From Hydrogenophilaceae bacterium (GTDB lineage Bacteria > Pseudomonadota > Gammaproteobacteria > Burkholderiales > Thiobacillaceae): a stretch of DNA of 64,000 nucleotides. The notes beneath the pieces were generated by a model, which was not told the DNA's origin, searched no databases, and saw only the letters and a list, made by a program, of their open reading frames with translations. The number at the start of each line of letters is the position of its first letter. The first letter of the stretch is position 1. The stretch lies in contig JACAEC010000152.1 in assembly GCA_013389055.1 (NCBI GenBank), positions 13,976-77,975 on the forward strand, given 5' to 3'. This document shows, one piece after another, positions 29,896 to 40,831 of this stretch. A program made the translations under genes and the position numbers.

Positions 29896-31077
29896 TCACT
29901 TGCGCTCCGTCCGTACCCATTCCTTCTGCCTGCGGGTCCAGAATTTCAGGTACATGGGTATCTTCGCCAAGACGTAGAACGGCACCGAGAGCAAGGCGGC
30001 GAGAGGCAATATCCCACGTCCCCGCCTCCACCAGGCGGTCAATACTGCGCTGGTGAGCAGCGTGAATGCGGCAACGGCCAAAAACAGCGGCAGTACGGAC
30101 AAGCCTATCCAAAACACAACCAGCGCCAGAGCAAGCACCGAAACCATCATGACCACCAACAGGGCCAGGGGTGGCACCGCCAGGTCCAATGCCAAACCCA
30201 GCAAGCGCATATCGGTGCGCGCAATCGCCTGACCGAACAGGCGGGGAAACTCGCGCGCAATCATGCCGAGGTGGCCATGTTCCCAACGGGTACGCTGGGT
30301 GGCAGCGGCATGAGCGGCATCGGGAAATCGACTACTCACCCGAGCCTGCAGGCAGAACAAGGGCGGATAGCCTGCCAGCGCCAAATCGATGCCCAGCTTC
30401 ATGTCCTCCACCAGTTCGGCATGGGCCAGGCGCGCATCGCTGATCAGCCTCCACGGGAAGGCCATGCCTGTGCCCATCAACTGGCATGGCAGGCCGAGCC
30501 GACGACTGCCCAGCGGCCTCACCCAGTTCTTCAGCACCCAGGCGAACTCGGCAATACGCATTTTCAGCGACGCCGTAGCTAAGGCATGCATCAGATATAC
30601 AGCCTGCACCGGCAGTTCGGACTCGCCACAAGTACGCGCCAACCAATCGATTGTGCCAGCCTCAACCATGCAATCCGCGTCGACGATGATCACTAGCTCC
30701 GGGGGGGCGGCAGCCAGATGACGGATACCGAAATCGAGCGCGTAGCCCTTGCCCCGGCGAGCGGGGTCGGTACGCTTGACCACCTCCGCGCCGGCATCGC
30801 TGGCGATACCTGCGGTTGCATCCGAGCAGTTGTCCGCCACGACCAGCAGGCGATCACACAGCCCCAATTGCGGCAGGATCGAACGCAGCGTGGCCGTAAT
30901 ACCTTCCGCTTCGTTGTGGGCCGGGATCAGTACTGCCACCGAAGGACGAGGCAAGCGGGATGGCGCGAACGCAGCTTGGGGTATCTGCCGAGCCAGCATC
31001 ACCTGGGTGAAAACCACCGCCGCGGGGATCAATACAACCACTGCCAGCGCCCCGGTCAGTATCTCGAAAACGTTCAT
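29896..31077 (-). CDS. Membrane GT2 glycosyltransferase
   Basis: LIPAHNE, ADNCSD, GKGYAL, VDAD, LVED, QRTRW and C-terminal TM helices. Confidence 0.9.
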   Translation of the reverse strand: MNVFEILTGALAVVVLIPAAVVFTQVMLARQIPQAAFAPSRLPRPSVAVLIPAHNEAEGITATLRSILPQLGLCDRLLVVADNCSDATAGIASDAGAEVVKRTDPARRGKGYALDFGIRHLAAAPPELVIIVDADCMVEAGTIDWLARTCGESELPVQAVYLMHALATASLKMRIAEFAWVLKNWVRPLGSRRLGLPCQLMGTGMAFPWRLISDARLAHAELVEDMKLGIDLALAGYPPLFCLQARVSSRFPDAAHAAATQRTRWEHGHLGMIAREFPRLFGQAIARTDMRLLGLALDLAVPPLALLVVMMVSVLALALVVFWIGLSVLPLFLAVAAFTLLTSAVLTAWWRRGRGILPLAALLSVPFYVLAKIPMYLKFWTRRQKEWVRTERK

Positions 31078-32279
31078 GGACCGCTCTTTCCGAAAAGTTC
31101 TGCCAGCTTCGCCGCCTCGGTATCGATATCGTGCCGCTCGATCACCCTGCGATAGCCGGCCTCGCCCATGCGTTCCAGTTCCACCGCCGGCTTGTTCAGG
31201 AACGACTCCAGCGCCCTGGCCAACTCATGGACCGAACCCGCCGGAAACAACAGCCCCTCTTCACCGTCGCGCACCAGCTCCGGGATTCCCGCCACATAAG
31301 TCGACAGCACCGGCCGGCGCAGGGCCATGGCCTCCATGATCACCACCGGCAGGCCTTCGGCGAAGCTTGGCAGCACCAGCCCACGTGCGGCCAGAATCTC
31401 CTCGCGTACCCGCCCGGCGCTGATCCAGCCGGTAATGCGCACATGATCCTCGATGCGATGTCGGGCAATCAAAGCCTCCACCTCTCCGCGCATTTCGCCG
31501 TCGCCGGCCAGCACCAACTCGAAATCGATACCCTTCTCTGCCAAGCGGCTCGCGGCCTCGACCAGCAGCAGCTGCCCCTTCTGCTCGCACAGCCGGCCGA
31601 CACAGACCAATCTAGGCGCGTCGGGGGCGGGAACCGGAACCACCTCGTGAAAGGCGCGCTCCAGCCCGCAATGTGCCACCTGTATCTTCTGCCAATGCTC
31701 GTGGCCGACCCAGCGGTATAGCTGGCTGCGGCCATAGGAACTGATGGCCACGACGAAGGCTGCACGGCGAATCTTTTCATTCAGGCCGATGAACTGCGGT
31801 TTGTCGAACTCTTCGGGGCCATGGACAGTGAAGCTGTATGGCGGGCCGCCCAGTGCGTGGGTCAGCATAGCCACTTCCGCCGAATTGGTGCCGAAATGGG
31901 CATGCAGGTGGCTGGCCCCGCATTCGCGCAGCCAAAACAGCATCCGGCACGCTTCGGCCAGGTAGACAAGATGAAAAGGCAGGGGCCGATCCGCTCGTCG
32001 GCCCATCCGCAGGGCCAGACTCAAGGCGGCGAAAAAACGGCCCGGGGAGAAAAGCAAGGCTCGGAATGCGCTGGCGGCAAGCGCCCAGCCGCCTTGCCTG
32101 AGAATATAGCGCGTGCGGGCCTGCTCGGCCTTGTCTTCCTCGTCCACCACTTCGGCATCCCAGCCGCGCAAGGCGATGCGCTGAACCTCGACGCCTTGGC
32201 GCTCGAGGGCGAGAATCTCGCGACGGATGAAACTGTGGCTGACCTTGGGATACTGGTTGATGAAATAGGCAATGCGCAT
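31074..32279 (-). CDS. GT4 glycosyltransferase (WcaL-like)
   Basis: YPKVSHSFIRREI, HAHFG, VGRLCEQKG, EGLPVVIMEA; start ATG 32279 (alternative 32294). Confidence 0.9.
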   Translation of the reverse strand: MRIAYFINQYPKVSHSFIRREILALERQGVEVQRIALRGWDAEVVDEEDKAEQARTRYILRQGGWALAASAFRALLFSPGRFFAALSLALRMGRRADRPLPFHLVYLAEACRMLFWLRECGASHLHAHFGTNSAEVAMLTHALGGPPYSFTVHGPEEFDKPQFIGLNEKIRRAAFVVAISSYGRSQLYRWVGHEHWQKIQVAHCGLERAFHEVVPVPAPDAPRLVCVGRLCEQKGQLLLVEAASRLAEKGIDFELVLAGDGEMRGEVEALIARHRIEDHVRITGWISAGRVREEILAARGLVLPSFAEGLPVVIMEAMALRRPVLSTYVAGIPELVRDGEEGLLFPAGSVHELARALESFLNKPAVELERMGEAGYRRVIERHDIDTEAAKLAELFGKSGP

Positions 32280-32510
32280 ACGTTGCTTAATCATGCTGTT
32301 CACTTGCTGGCGTAACTGCTGCACCCACTTCCAGCCGCCTCCTGCTGGCGGATGAGCCATGACGCAGCAGAATTGGTGCGTCGCCGATTGGGCTGAACGC
32401 ATTCCGGTAACGAAAGCGAAGGCTACCAAGCATAGGATACCTTCCGTTCGCGCGCCCAATCCGGCGTTGAGTCCAACACTTGCTGAGAATCGAATTCCTG
32501 GACGGTCATT

Positions 32511-33221
32511 TCAAGCCTTGTTTTTGATACGCCGCAGTGCTGCCACTACATCACGGATTAATGGCATGCGGTCATACCAATGGAGGTCGTGGATATCCGT
32601 CCGGGAACTACGCTGCTGGCCGAGTTCAGGCACGGCGGCCAAAGTGAGCACATCCGGGCACTCGCGCCGGAACCACGAATAGGCGCCGTCGACATGCATC
32701 GGGCCACCCAGCGGGTCGCCCGCGGGCCTAGCGAGCATCTGCTCGAGATAGGTAGCCAAGCGCCCGACCACAGGGGCCTGAAAACCGACGAAATGCGATG
32801 TCAATACGGCATCGTCCGACGGGATGACAACGATGCCCCTCCCCTCGTCTTCAGCCGGTGCCCACATTCGGTAGCCGCCATAAAAAAATCCCCAAGGCTG
32901 TTCGCGCAGTTGGCTAATGATCGAACCAATGCGCAAGGGGAAATCCCGAGCAAAATCCACGTCGTCCTCAAGGATCAGGATGCGCTCGAAGCCCGAGTGC
33001 GCAGCATTGCGCAACACTGCCAAATGACTGGAAAAACAGCCACAGGCTCCAATGCTTGGAAAATCCCCAGCACTGTCTGGGCGGATTGCAGGGAAGAATT
33101 CGACCACTGAACACCCCCCCAGACCGATGCTCTCGAGTTGCGCTTGCATTTCCCGGCGCCGATCGGCCCGTGCAGGCAGATTGATGATATAGATTCGTTG
33201 GAAGTAATCAGATAGTTCCAT
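32511..33221 (-). CDS. GT25 family glycosyltransferase
   Basis: IINLPARADRR, GCFSSH, ILEDDV; start adjusted to ATG 33221. Confidence 0.85.
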   Translation of the reverse strand: MELSDYFQRIYIINLPARADRRREMQAQLESIGLGGCSVVEFFPAIRPDSAGDFPSIGACGCFSSHLAVLRNAAHSGFERILILEDDVDFARDFPLRIGSIISQLREQPWGFFYGGYRMWAPAEDEGRGIVVIPSDDAVLTSHFVGFQAPVVGRLATYLEQMLARPAGDPLGGPMHVDGAYSWFRRECPDVLTLAAVPELGQQRSSRTDIHDLHWYDRMPLIRDVVAALRRIKNKA

Positions 33222-33235
33222 ATCTGCCTCGAAGG

Positions 33236-34210
33236 CTATTTGTATTCGATGATCTGCAGGCGGCCACCGCTTACTAGCCGCCACATGAACTTCAGTTGCC
33301 CGATCAGCTCAGGGAACTTCCCCAATATTAAAAATACCGCACGCCATCCAGCCGCGCCCCCGGCGCCCCGGCTGCGTAGACTCAAACGGAGTATCTGCAA
33401 TGGATATATGGCCAGCACCGCCATTCCGGACCATCCAGCCCAGATGACGGTGAGCGTGGCAACGAGCGGAATCGCCAGCCCCCAAATCCAGGCGCTGATC
33501 GATTCTCGCACCCAGTGTCTTTCCGGCGCGCGTCCGTGCAAATGGGCCCCCTCGGCGAAGGCATAGCCAGCGCGCACACTACGCTTCCACCACTGACCGA
33601 ATCGGAACATGGCCGCATCGTGCCAAGCCATTTCCGCATCGATGCGCCAGATGCGCCAACCGTTCGCCCGCAGGCGGATGCCGAGTTCAGGTTCCTCCCC
33701 GGCAATAAGATCGGACCGAAATCCCCGCGCCTGGCCGAATGCATCCGCACGAACCATAGCGATGCCGCCACATGCCTTCGTTTCGCCTATCGGAGTATCC
33801 CACTCCATGTCGCAGAGCCGGTTGTAAACACTGTGTTCAGGAAAGCGCTCGCGCAGACGTCCGCACAGCATTGCCACCCCCGGATGGGCATCCAGGTAGG
33901 CCAGGGCCTGGCCGATCCACTCGGGGTGCAGTTCGCAGTCGCCATCGACGAGCTGCGCATAGGCAAGCTCCGGCATCAATTCGATCAAGCGCTGGAACCC
34001 TGTGTTGCGCGCCCGGGCGGCAGTGAACGGCATGCGCATATCGAGCTCGACGACTTCCGCCCCCAGGCTGCGGGCTAGATCGACCGAGCCATCGGTCGAG
34101 CCCGAATCCACGTAGACCATGATCGCCGCCGATCCGCGCACAGACTCGAGGCAGCGCCTGAGCCGCTCCCCCTCGTTGCGGCCGATGACGACCACACCGA
34201 TCTTCGTCAC
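33236..34210 (-). CDS. GT2 glycosyltransferase
   Basis: VIGRNEGERL, VDSGSTD, ARARN, VDGD, AGEEPE; GTG start overlaps the upstream stop. Confidence 0.9.
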   Translation of the reverse strand: MTKIGVVVIGRNEGERLRRCLESVRGSAAIMVYVDSGSTDGSVDLARSLGAEVVELDMRMPFTAARARNTGFQRLIELMPELAYAQLVDGDCELHPEWIGQALAYLDAHPGVAMLCGRLRERFPEHSVYNRLCDMEWDTPIGETKACGGIAMVRADAFGQARGFRSDLIAGEEPELGIRLRANGWRIWRIDAEMAWHDAAMFRFGQWWKRSVRAGYAFAEGAHLHGRAPERHWVRESISAWIWGLAIPLVATLTVIWAGWSGMAVLAIYPLQILRLSLRSRGAGGAAGWRAVFLILGKFPELIGQLKFMWRLVSGGRLQIIEYK

Positions 34211-35202
34211 AAGCCCGGCTCCCGTTTGATCGCTCCGGCTCGGCCAGTGAAGATCGCCCGCAGGTCGCCACCGATCAAATCCGGCATGTAGCGTATGGGA
34301 TCCCGCTCGATGCCTTTGCCCCCCAAGCCAAGGCCGCTTCGCAGCAATAGCGAAACACGACCCAGCGCCCACAGCAAATCGGCCAGCAGCAAACCTGCAA
34401 TTCCATAGTGTTTGATGAAGAAACGCCGACGGGAGTCATACCAGTACGCAGCCCGTCTCCTGGCTGCCGCCTTGATGCCGGTGGCGGCACCCTCCAGATG
34501 CAACACGCGGGACTGGGGCGCGTACCACACCTCCCAGCCGGCCTGCTTGGCGCGCAAGCAATAATCGACCTCCTCGTAGTAGAGAAAATAGCCGTCGTCC
34601 ATCAGGCCGATTTTTTCGATCACCGAACGGCGCACGATCATGCTCGCGCCCGACACCCAGTCACAGCGGTGCGCTTGCGCGGGAATGGGAGGCGACACGA
34701 CATGTTGTCGCAGCAAACGGCTCAGCACGCCGAGGCGTGCGCCTCCGTCCAACTCGCTCAAAGGCGAATGGACTCGGTGGGCGGAGCAATCTACCCCCCC
34801 TTCGGCCGTCTCCAGCAGGCTGCCGGCGATGCCGGCCTCCGGGTGGGCATCCATGAACCTGACCAGCGCCCGGATCGCCTCCGGCCGGGTTACAGTATCG
34901 GGGTTGAGCAACATCACGTAATCCGGCGGATTTGGCTCGGACATGGCTAGACGGATGCCGGCGTTGTTGCCGAAAGCGAAGCCGCCGTTGTGATCGAGCG
35001 GGACGATTCCGGCCCAGACAGACCATCGTTGCTGCTCGATCGCATCGGATATTGTTTCAACTGACCTGTCGCCAGAGGCATTGTCCACCACCACCACGCG
35101 GCCGCCGCCCAGGTCATCGACCTGCGGCGCAAGCGAACGCAGGCAATCGACGACCAGATCGGCCGTCCGAAAATTGACAATGACAATCCAGGTCCCGCTC
35201 AT
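34207..35202 (-). CDS. GT2 glycosyltransferase (rhamnosyltransferase-like)
   Basis: IVIVNF, VVDNASGD, NGGFAFGNN, LLNPD, FLYYEEVD; start adjusted to ATG 35202. Confidence 0.9.
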   Translation of the reverse strand: MSGTWIVIVNFRTADLVVDCLRSLAPQVDDLGGGRVVVVDNASGDRSVETISDAIEQQRWSVWAGIVPLDHNGGFAFGNNAGIRLAMSEPNPPDYVMLLNPDTVTRPEAIRALVRFMDAHPEAGIAGSLLETAEGGVDCSAHRVHSPLSELDGGARLGVLSRLLRQHVVSPPIPAQAHRCDWVSGASMIVRRSVIEKIGLMDDGYFLYYEEVDYCLRAKQAGWEVWYAPQSRVLHLEGAATGIKAAARRRAAYWYDSRRRFFIKHYGIAGLLLADLLWALGRVSLLLRSGLGLGGKGIERDPIRYMPDLIGGDLRAIFTGRAGAIKREPGL

Positions 35203-35249
35203 CGATGCTATCGCATTCTCAATACCCGCCTGCCACCGATCGCCGCTCT

Positions 35250-36041
35250 TCAGGGCAGCCTTTTGCAGACGGTCAGTTCGTCGCATTCGGATAGGCTAAA
35301 TCCCCTGCCGGCGATGGCCGCCATGAAGGTCGAGCGGCACTCGTCGCTGTGCAGTTCGATGACCAGATTGTCCACTTTGTCGATCCAGGGCTCGAAATGC
35401 TCGGCGAAGACAGCGGCCTCGGCCCCCTCGATGTCGACCTTGAGTATGGAGATGTGGTCATACCCCGAACCGGCCAGCAGGGTGCCGATATCGGTGGCCT
35501 TCATCATGGGCGTCTCACCAGGCCGCGCCTCCCGAACCGTGCGCCCCCATTCCTTTCCGCTGCCGGCCGTTTCTTCCGAGCGCACAAGGCCGGCCGGGCG
35601 CGACCAGACGGCGGAACAGATCGCGTCGACCCGGTTGCCGTAAGGAGCCAGGTTCTGCTGCAGCAGCGCGTAGTTCTGCAGATCCGGCTCGATGGCGATG
35701 ATCCGGGCTTGGCCGAACCGACTCAGGAAATAGGCAGAGGAATAGCCGACGTTGGCGCCGCAGTCGATGATCAGGCCGACATCGGCTGCATCGTCGAGGC
35801 AGCGGTATTCCCGGCCGACGAATATCTGGTCGAAAACATCGAGATCGCTGGTGTTCGGCCGGCAGAGGACAGGGTACAGCGCATCCTTGCTGTACAGGGC
35901 ATAGGATTGCCTTGGCTTGGCGAATTTCTTGCGCAACCCCTGCACAATGTAGACGAGCGATGGCATGGCTCCCAGGGAGAGGCATTTGCCATACCGCTGC
36001 AGTCGATATTCCACGGACCTCGCCATCACGAAGCTCTCCAA
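35250..36041 (-). CDS. FkbM family methyltransferase
   Basis: IIDCGANVG, IEPD, LKVDIEGAE. Confidence 0.9.
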   Translation of the reverse strand: MESFVMARSVEYRLQRYGKCLSLGAMPSLVYIVQGLRKKFAKPRQSYALYSKDALYPVLCRPNTSDLDVFDQIFVGREYRCLDDAADVGLIIDCGANVGYSSAYFLSRFGQARIIAIEPDLQNYALLQQNLAPYGNRVDAICSAVWSRPAGLVRSEETAGSGKEWGRTVREARPGETPMMKATDIGTLLAGSGYDHISILKVDIEGAEAAVFAEHFEPWIDKVDNLVIELHSDECRSTFMAAIAGRGFSLSECDELTVCKRLP

Positions 36042-36117
36042 AAACCCTCCGCCAGGGCCTGATGCCCGGGCACGGCAGGCTGTGTTTTTCAGAACCTGCT
36101 TATATACAGGGAATTTG

Positions 36118-37350
36118 TTACAGATACTGCTTGATCAGCTCCGAACGGTGACGGAACACGGCCTCATCACTGAAATGCTGCCCGGCCACGGCGGCCGAAG
36201 CGACGCCATCCGCCAGCAGTTGCCGGTTTCGGCCCAAACCGGCCACGACGTCTGCGAGCCGAGCGGTATCGCCCAGGGGAACAAGCAGTTGCCTGCCTTC
36301 CGGCGCCACCACGTCGGCGACATAGCCGTTCGCATACCCCACCACGGGGGTGGCGCAGATCAGGGCCTCCAGGATGATCCTGGGTGATTCCGGCGTGATG
36401 TGGGTGAACAGCAGCAGATCACAGTCGCGTAGGAAGGCCAGAACTTCTTTCCGGTCGGAGACGAAACCCGGCAGCCGGACGTGCCCCGACAGGCCCTGCC
36501 GCTCCATATATGCCCGCATCTCGGGCAGCATTTCTCCATCGCCCAGCCAAGTGGCCTCGAAAGCCACCCCCAACTCCTTGAGCCTGGCCAGGACGGCCAA
36601 CCAGTCGAGCGGCGCTTTCATGGCGGATGCCCGCCCGGCATAGCCGATCCGCAGGGGACGACCGGCATTCAGGACATCCCCCATCTTGCGATCGAGGTCG
36701 GACCGTGAAATCAAGTCGCCGCCCTTGGTGTGCACGTCATGGGTCAGAAAGGCGTACTCGGTCAAGCCGGCATAGGCCTCGAAAGTTTCCGCACCATGAA
36801 ACAGGCCAAGCCGTGCGCGGCGGATGATGTAGCGCTCGTAGCCTTTCATCAGACGCGCATGCAGCAGCGCAAGCTGTTTTTTCCCTGGCGAACGCACGTC
36901 CGCGGTGATCCGTACGACCTCGGACTCAACGCGGTCTGTCCAAACCGCATAGGGTCGCCCCATGCGGTATGCTTCCCGGGCGGCCACGCTCGCCCAGTCT
37001 CCGATCAGCCCGCCAATCGCGAACTGCAGATACCTGGCGTTGGCGATTTCATGCCGAAGCAGGTGCCGAACCGGACGATAGCCGGCCAAGAATGATCTGA
37101 CAGAATGCGCCCAAGGCAAGCCGACCAGTCGAATTCTGTCACCGTTGCCCAGATCGGGCTCGGGAACCCATTCCCAGGAAGATCGCTTGGGCACCTCCGA
37201 TTCCGGCAGCACCGGACAGGCCACGACCAGCCGGTCAAAATTATCAGACCAGCATTTCAGGCCATTGGCTGCCTGAGACTCAATATGGTTCACCCCCTGG
37301 CGGAAACGGATGGGAACCGGCAGCACGAGCATAATGTTGTTCACTTGCAA
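36118..37350 (-). CDS. GT4-like glycosyltransferase
   Basis: YAGRASAMK, WLGDG, ESPRIILEAL (EX7E). Confidence 0.8.
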   Translation of the reverse strand: MQVNNIMLVLPVPIRFRQGVNHIESQAANGLKCWSDNFDRLVVACPVLPESEVPKRSSWEWVPEPDLGNGDRIRLVGLPWAHSVRSFLAGYRPVRHLLRHEIANARYLQFAIGGLIGDWASVAAREAYRMGRPYAVWTDRVESEVVRITADVRSPGKKQLALLHARLMKGYERYIIRRARLGLFHGAETFEAYAGLTEYAFLTHDVHTKGGDLISRSDLDRKMGDVLNAGRPLRIGYAGRASAMKAPLDWLAVLARLKELGVAFEATWLGDGEMLPEMRAYMERQGLSGHVRLPGFVSDRKEVLAFLRDCDLLLFTHITPESPRIILEALICATPVVGYANGYVADVVAPEGRQLLVPLGDTARLADVVAGLGRNRQLLADGVASAAVAGQHFSDEAVFRHRSELIKQYL

Positions 37351-37459
37351 TTTCCTCGATTGGCTTCTTCAGCCGGCTGGCGCAAGACGACATATAACCT
37401 GCGCCAATGCCATGTTATCTGGACCGTCCCGTAATTACGCACATGTCCGGCCAGGCCGC

Positions 37460-38290
37460 CTACCCGAAATCACGCATTGCCCCCTTCATTTCCGCCAGCC
37501 GCTGCTTGAGCACCTTGTCGTCGCTGAGCCGCCACTGATCCGACTTGGCGAGCGCGGCCAGGCGTTTTTCAAGCATGGCCTTGGAAAACGGCCTGAGCAG
37601 GGGAATCAGGTGATGCTGGAGCTTGGTAGGCACAAGCTCCGGGCTGATCCAGCTGGGACGGTAAGGCAAGCCGACCGGCCTGTATTCCATACCCATCGAA
37701 GCCAGCCAGTCATGCCATTTGAACGAGTACACCCCGCTCCGAGCGACAGGAAGCCAGGGCACTCTCAGCGCATCGGCAGTGATGGCGCCATGCAGCGCCT
37801 CGGTGATCAGTTTCCGACTGGCATTGATCTGACGTAGCACTCTGTCGAGCGGCCAGTTTGGATTGATGAAATTGATGCCGGCCCTGGCGCAGATTCTCTC
37901 CAGTTCGTCCAGGGCACCGCCCTCGGCGCTGCAATGCGGGATAAAGGACACATCGTGTTCCTTGGCAGCCCTCTCGTACATGTCGGCCAACAGCATGCCG
38001 CCGTCCGTGATGGCCTTGTCCGGGCTCAGGTTCAGCGTTTTCGCTGTCAACGGACCGCGCACCCAAACCACATTCCAGGTCGAATCGACCTCCGGAACGT
38101 CGCCATGACCGTAGCCGGCACCGAAGATATGCTTGGCCGGCCCTTGCGGGAGACGGTGGTTCAGCAGCGAGCCGATACCGACCAGAAGCTCGGATTGGTT
38201 GTCATCCAGCAGGCCGGGAAGGTAGTGCGGCCAGACGATGTCATTCAGCCGGTCTCCGTAATTCGTCGTGTCCCAAGTCAATATTTTCAT
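37460..38290 (-). CDS. Polysaccharide pyruvyl transferase (ExoV-like)
   Basis: NYGDRLN, GIGSLL, VRGPLT, FIPH, EALHGAITADALRVPW. Confidence 0.88.
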   Translation of the reverse strand: MKILTWDTTNYGDRLNDIVWPHYLPGLLDDNQSELLVGIGSLLNHRLPQGPAKHIFGAGYGHGDVPEVDSTWNVVWVRGPLTAKTLNLSPDKAITDGGMLLADMYERAAKEHDVSFIPHCSAEGGALDELERICARAGINFINPNWPLDRVLRQINASRKLITEALHGAITADALRVPWLPVARSGVYSFKWHDWLASMGMEYRPVGLPYRPSWISPELVPTKLQHHLIPLLRPFSKAMLEKRLAALAKSDQWRLSDDKVLKQRLAEMKGAMRDFG

Positions 38291-38342
38291 GGGTTTTCCG
38301 TCTCCTGAAGGCAAAAGTATCCTGTCGGACTAGCAGAGTTCG

Positions 38343-39392
38343 TCATGCGGCAAGCGCTCGCTCGATCACGCCGGGAGCCAGCTCGAAATCGTCGAACGCA
38401 TGTGCCTTCATGATCTTATCGATATCGATGTCCCTGATCAGATCGGGAGTCAGCTTGCCCCGACACCCCCTCCAGTCGCCACCCAGCACCGCCATGTATT
38501 TTCTGAACACGTTCGCCACGAGACCGGGCGAGAAAAGCTCAACCAGGCTCAGGCTTTTGCCGGGACTCCGGAAGACGTTGAACCCCAGAGTGCCAAGCGC
38601 GGCCCCGTGTATGGCGACGACGGACTCGGCGTTTCGCATGATGGACCATTGTTCCATCATAGAAATGTCTTCGAAATAGAATCGCTCGTAGCCAAGGTTC
38701 TTCAGCGTGCCGAAAATGGCCTCCTCATTCTTCAGCCTTCGGCTTTTTTTCCTTGGAATAAATACCTTTTCCGGCGTGGCAGCCAGCCAGCCCGACAACT
38801 CGATCTCGGCCAGGAACGGCAGCAAGTGGCGCGTCTCGTCTATCCGGATATCCAGGCAGTTGCATGAGACACGCCGATCGGTAAGGAAGACTTCATAATT
38901 GATCTGCTTGAAGAACTTGACCGCCAGAGCCGGGGCATCCCGGTTGAGCAGCACGATAACATCGTCGCTGCCGTAATTGAGCCTTGCCTTGATATAACCC
39001 AGCAGCACCATGTGCTCATGAATCAGGTGGGCAATGTTGTCGTTATAGGAATGGCGCGCATCAAAAACCAGCCGCTCGCCCAGATCGTCGGCCTTGCCCC
39101 GATCCACCGTATGAAGCAAGCGCTTCAGCTTTCTCTTGATCCCGCCGTCATGTATCTCGTGATAACCCGGCACAATGGTCTTGGCAACCCTGACGTTGAT
39201 GTCGTCCGCTGCCATGACAGCGTTCGGCTGCCGCACCTCTTCGACGAACGGCTCGTAGATATTGCTGATCCGGGAAGGATGGCAATAGATCGTCGATTCC
39301 GGTAGCAGAACGGATTCAAAACGCTCGGCAATCAGGCAATCGTCGGTCACGGCGCTAGTTTCACTAGGTGAAAAATGTTGCATGGTATGCAT
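38343..39392 (-). CDS. GT61/DUF563-like glycosyltransferase
   Basis: NIAHLI, RRLKNEE, FEDISMMEQ, IHGAAL, VELFSP. Confidence 0.75.
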   Translation of the reverse strand: MHTMQHFSPSETSAVTDDCLIAERFESVLLPESTIYCHPSRISNIYEPFVEEVRQPNAVMAADDINVRVAKTIVPGYHEIHDGGIKRKLKRLLHTVDRGKADDLGERLVFDARHSYNDNIAHLIHEHMVLLGYIKARLNYGSDDVIVLLNRDAPALAVKFFKQINYEVFLTDRRVSCNCLDIRIDETRHLLPFLAEIELSGWLAATPEKVFIPRKKSRRLKNEEAIFGTLKNLGYERFYFEDISMMEQWSIMRNAESVVAIHGAALGTLGFNVFRSPGKSLSLVELFSPGLVANVFRKYMAVLGGDWRGCRGKLTPDLIRDIDIDKIMKAHAFDDFELAPGVIERALAA

Positions 39393-40743
39393 CTAGTGCC
39401 TTGTTCAGAAGCATGCCTAAGGCATGGCCGGATAAAATAAGTGGTATGGCCACAAGCTCACGCCTTGCTTGCAATATATGCATGCGCGACAAATAGTAGA
39501 ATGATATCGGGACGTAGATCAGCGAGCTCAAGACAATACCCCACAAGGCCCCCTGAAGCCCGAACTGCAGGAAGGTGATCGGCGTAACGGAAAATATAGC
39601 TACGGTGCGGATTGTGTTCGACAAGAAGACAGCCTTCGTGTTACCAGAGGACAAGAGGCACTGTTCCGTCAGCAGGTAAGGCACGATGATGATGCCGATT
39701 GCCAGTGTTTCCAGCATTGGGCCGGCGGCAGTGTATCTGTCGTCGTACAGGACATTGATTATCCAGTGCCCGGACTGGAAAATAATGCCCGACAGCAGGA
39801 ATGCCAGGGTATCGAAGCGCAGCCTGAATTTGTAGTAGATACCGGATAGCCTGCCGGCATCGGTTCGCGCAACTTCGCTAATGACAGGGTAAGCCACACG
39901 GATGATGATATTGAGCACGACCCAGTAGAGGGTGTTCGCGATCAGAAACGCAATCGAGTAAATACCCAATGTGCTCGGATCGACGAATGCGCCAAGTATG
40001 AGACGATCGCCATTAGTGAGCAGGAACCCGATCAGTGAGGAAAGTACTACCCATTTACCGAACGACAGGATTTCATCTATGCTTTTTTTGTCTAATTTGA
40101 ACGCATTTGGACTACCAGACAGGACAACATGACTGAGTATGGTCCTCGACAATGTTCCGGCAAGAGCCCCAGCCACCAGGGCCCAAACCGATTGATCAAA
40201 CAGAGTCCATACCAACATGCAGACAATGCCGATAGCCTGGTTGGCAATCTCGAAGTAGAAGGTCTGCCGCTGATCAAGATTCCTGGCAGCGCTGGCGATG
40301 CGGGTCGATTCGAAGCCGGCGACGAGGATATTGATCGCCATGGCCGATAGCACGTAAGGCAGGATCGGGTCCGAATAGGCCGTGCCAGCCGGTATCCACT
40401 GTGCCTGATTCGCCATATATAGCAAAAAGCAGAGAAACAGTGCGACGGCGCACAATATGGCTCCACGGATAATCGTGACTGCCCAAACCGTGTTTAGAAA
40501 GACAGGATCGTTGCCGCGCTTGCTCTGTATGATATTTTGGTGCAGACCGAAATCGGAAAACAGCATCAGCCAGGCGATGAACACATTGGCGATGGCCATC
40601 ACGCCGAACATGTCTGGCGCCAACAATCGCGTCATCACCAGGTTGGTGCCAAGGCGCAGTACCTGCCGAATGAGGTGGTTGGTTGTCGCCCAGACAGCGG
40701 CCCTGATGGTACGCTGTTTCAGAGTCAGGACACTGTTATTCAT
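39364..40743 (-). CDS. wzx: Oligosaccharide flippase (Wzx)
   Basis: RLLAPDMFG, FSDFG, DRLILG, LGIYSIA; polytopic membrane protein. Confidence 0.88.
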   Translation of the reverse strand: MNNSVLTLKQRTIRAAVWATTNHLIRQVLRLGTNLVMTRLLAPDMFGVMAIANVFIAWLMLFSDFGLHQNIIQSKRGNDPVFLNTVWAVTIIRGAILCAVALFLCFLLYMANQAQWIPAGTAYSDPILPYVLSAMAINILVAGFESTRIASAARNLDQRQTFYFEIANQAIGIVCMLVWTLFDQSVWALVAGALAGTLSRTILSHVVLSGSPNAFKLDKKSIDEILSFGKWVVLSSLIGFLLTNGDRLILGAFVDPSTLGIYSIAFLIANTLYWVVLNIIIRVAYPVISEVARTDAGRLSGIYYKFRLRFDTLAFLLSGIIFQSGHWIINVLYDDRYTAAGPMLETLAIGIIIVPYLLTEQCLLSSGNTKAVFLSNTIRTVAIFSVTPITFLQFGLQGALWGIVLSSLIYVPISFYYLSRMHILQARRELVAIPLILSGHALGMLLNKALDAYHATFFT

Positions 40744-40831
40744 CGCAGAATGGTCAGTTACGCAAGCGAAGAAAGCCTGGACTTTTTAGGAAGTTTGCAT
40801 GGTGAATGGCCGATAAGAAACACACATCGCA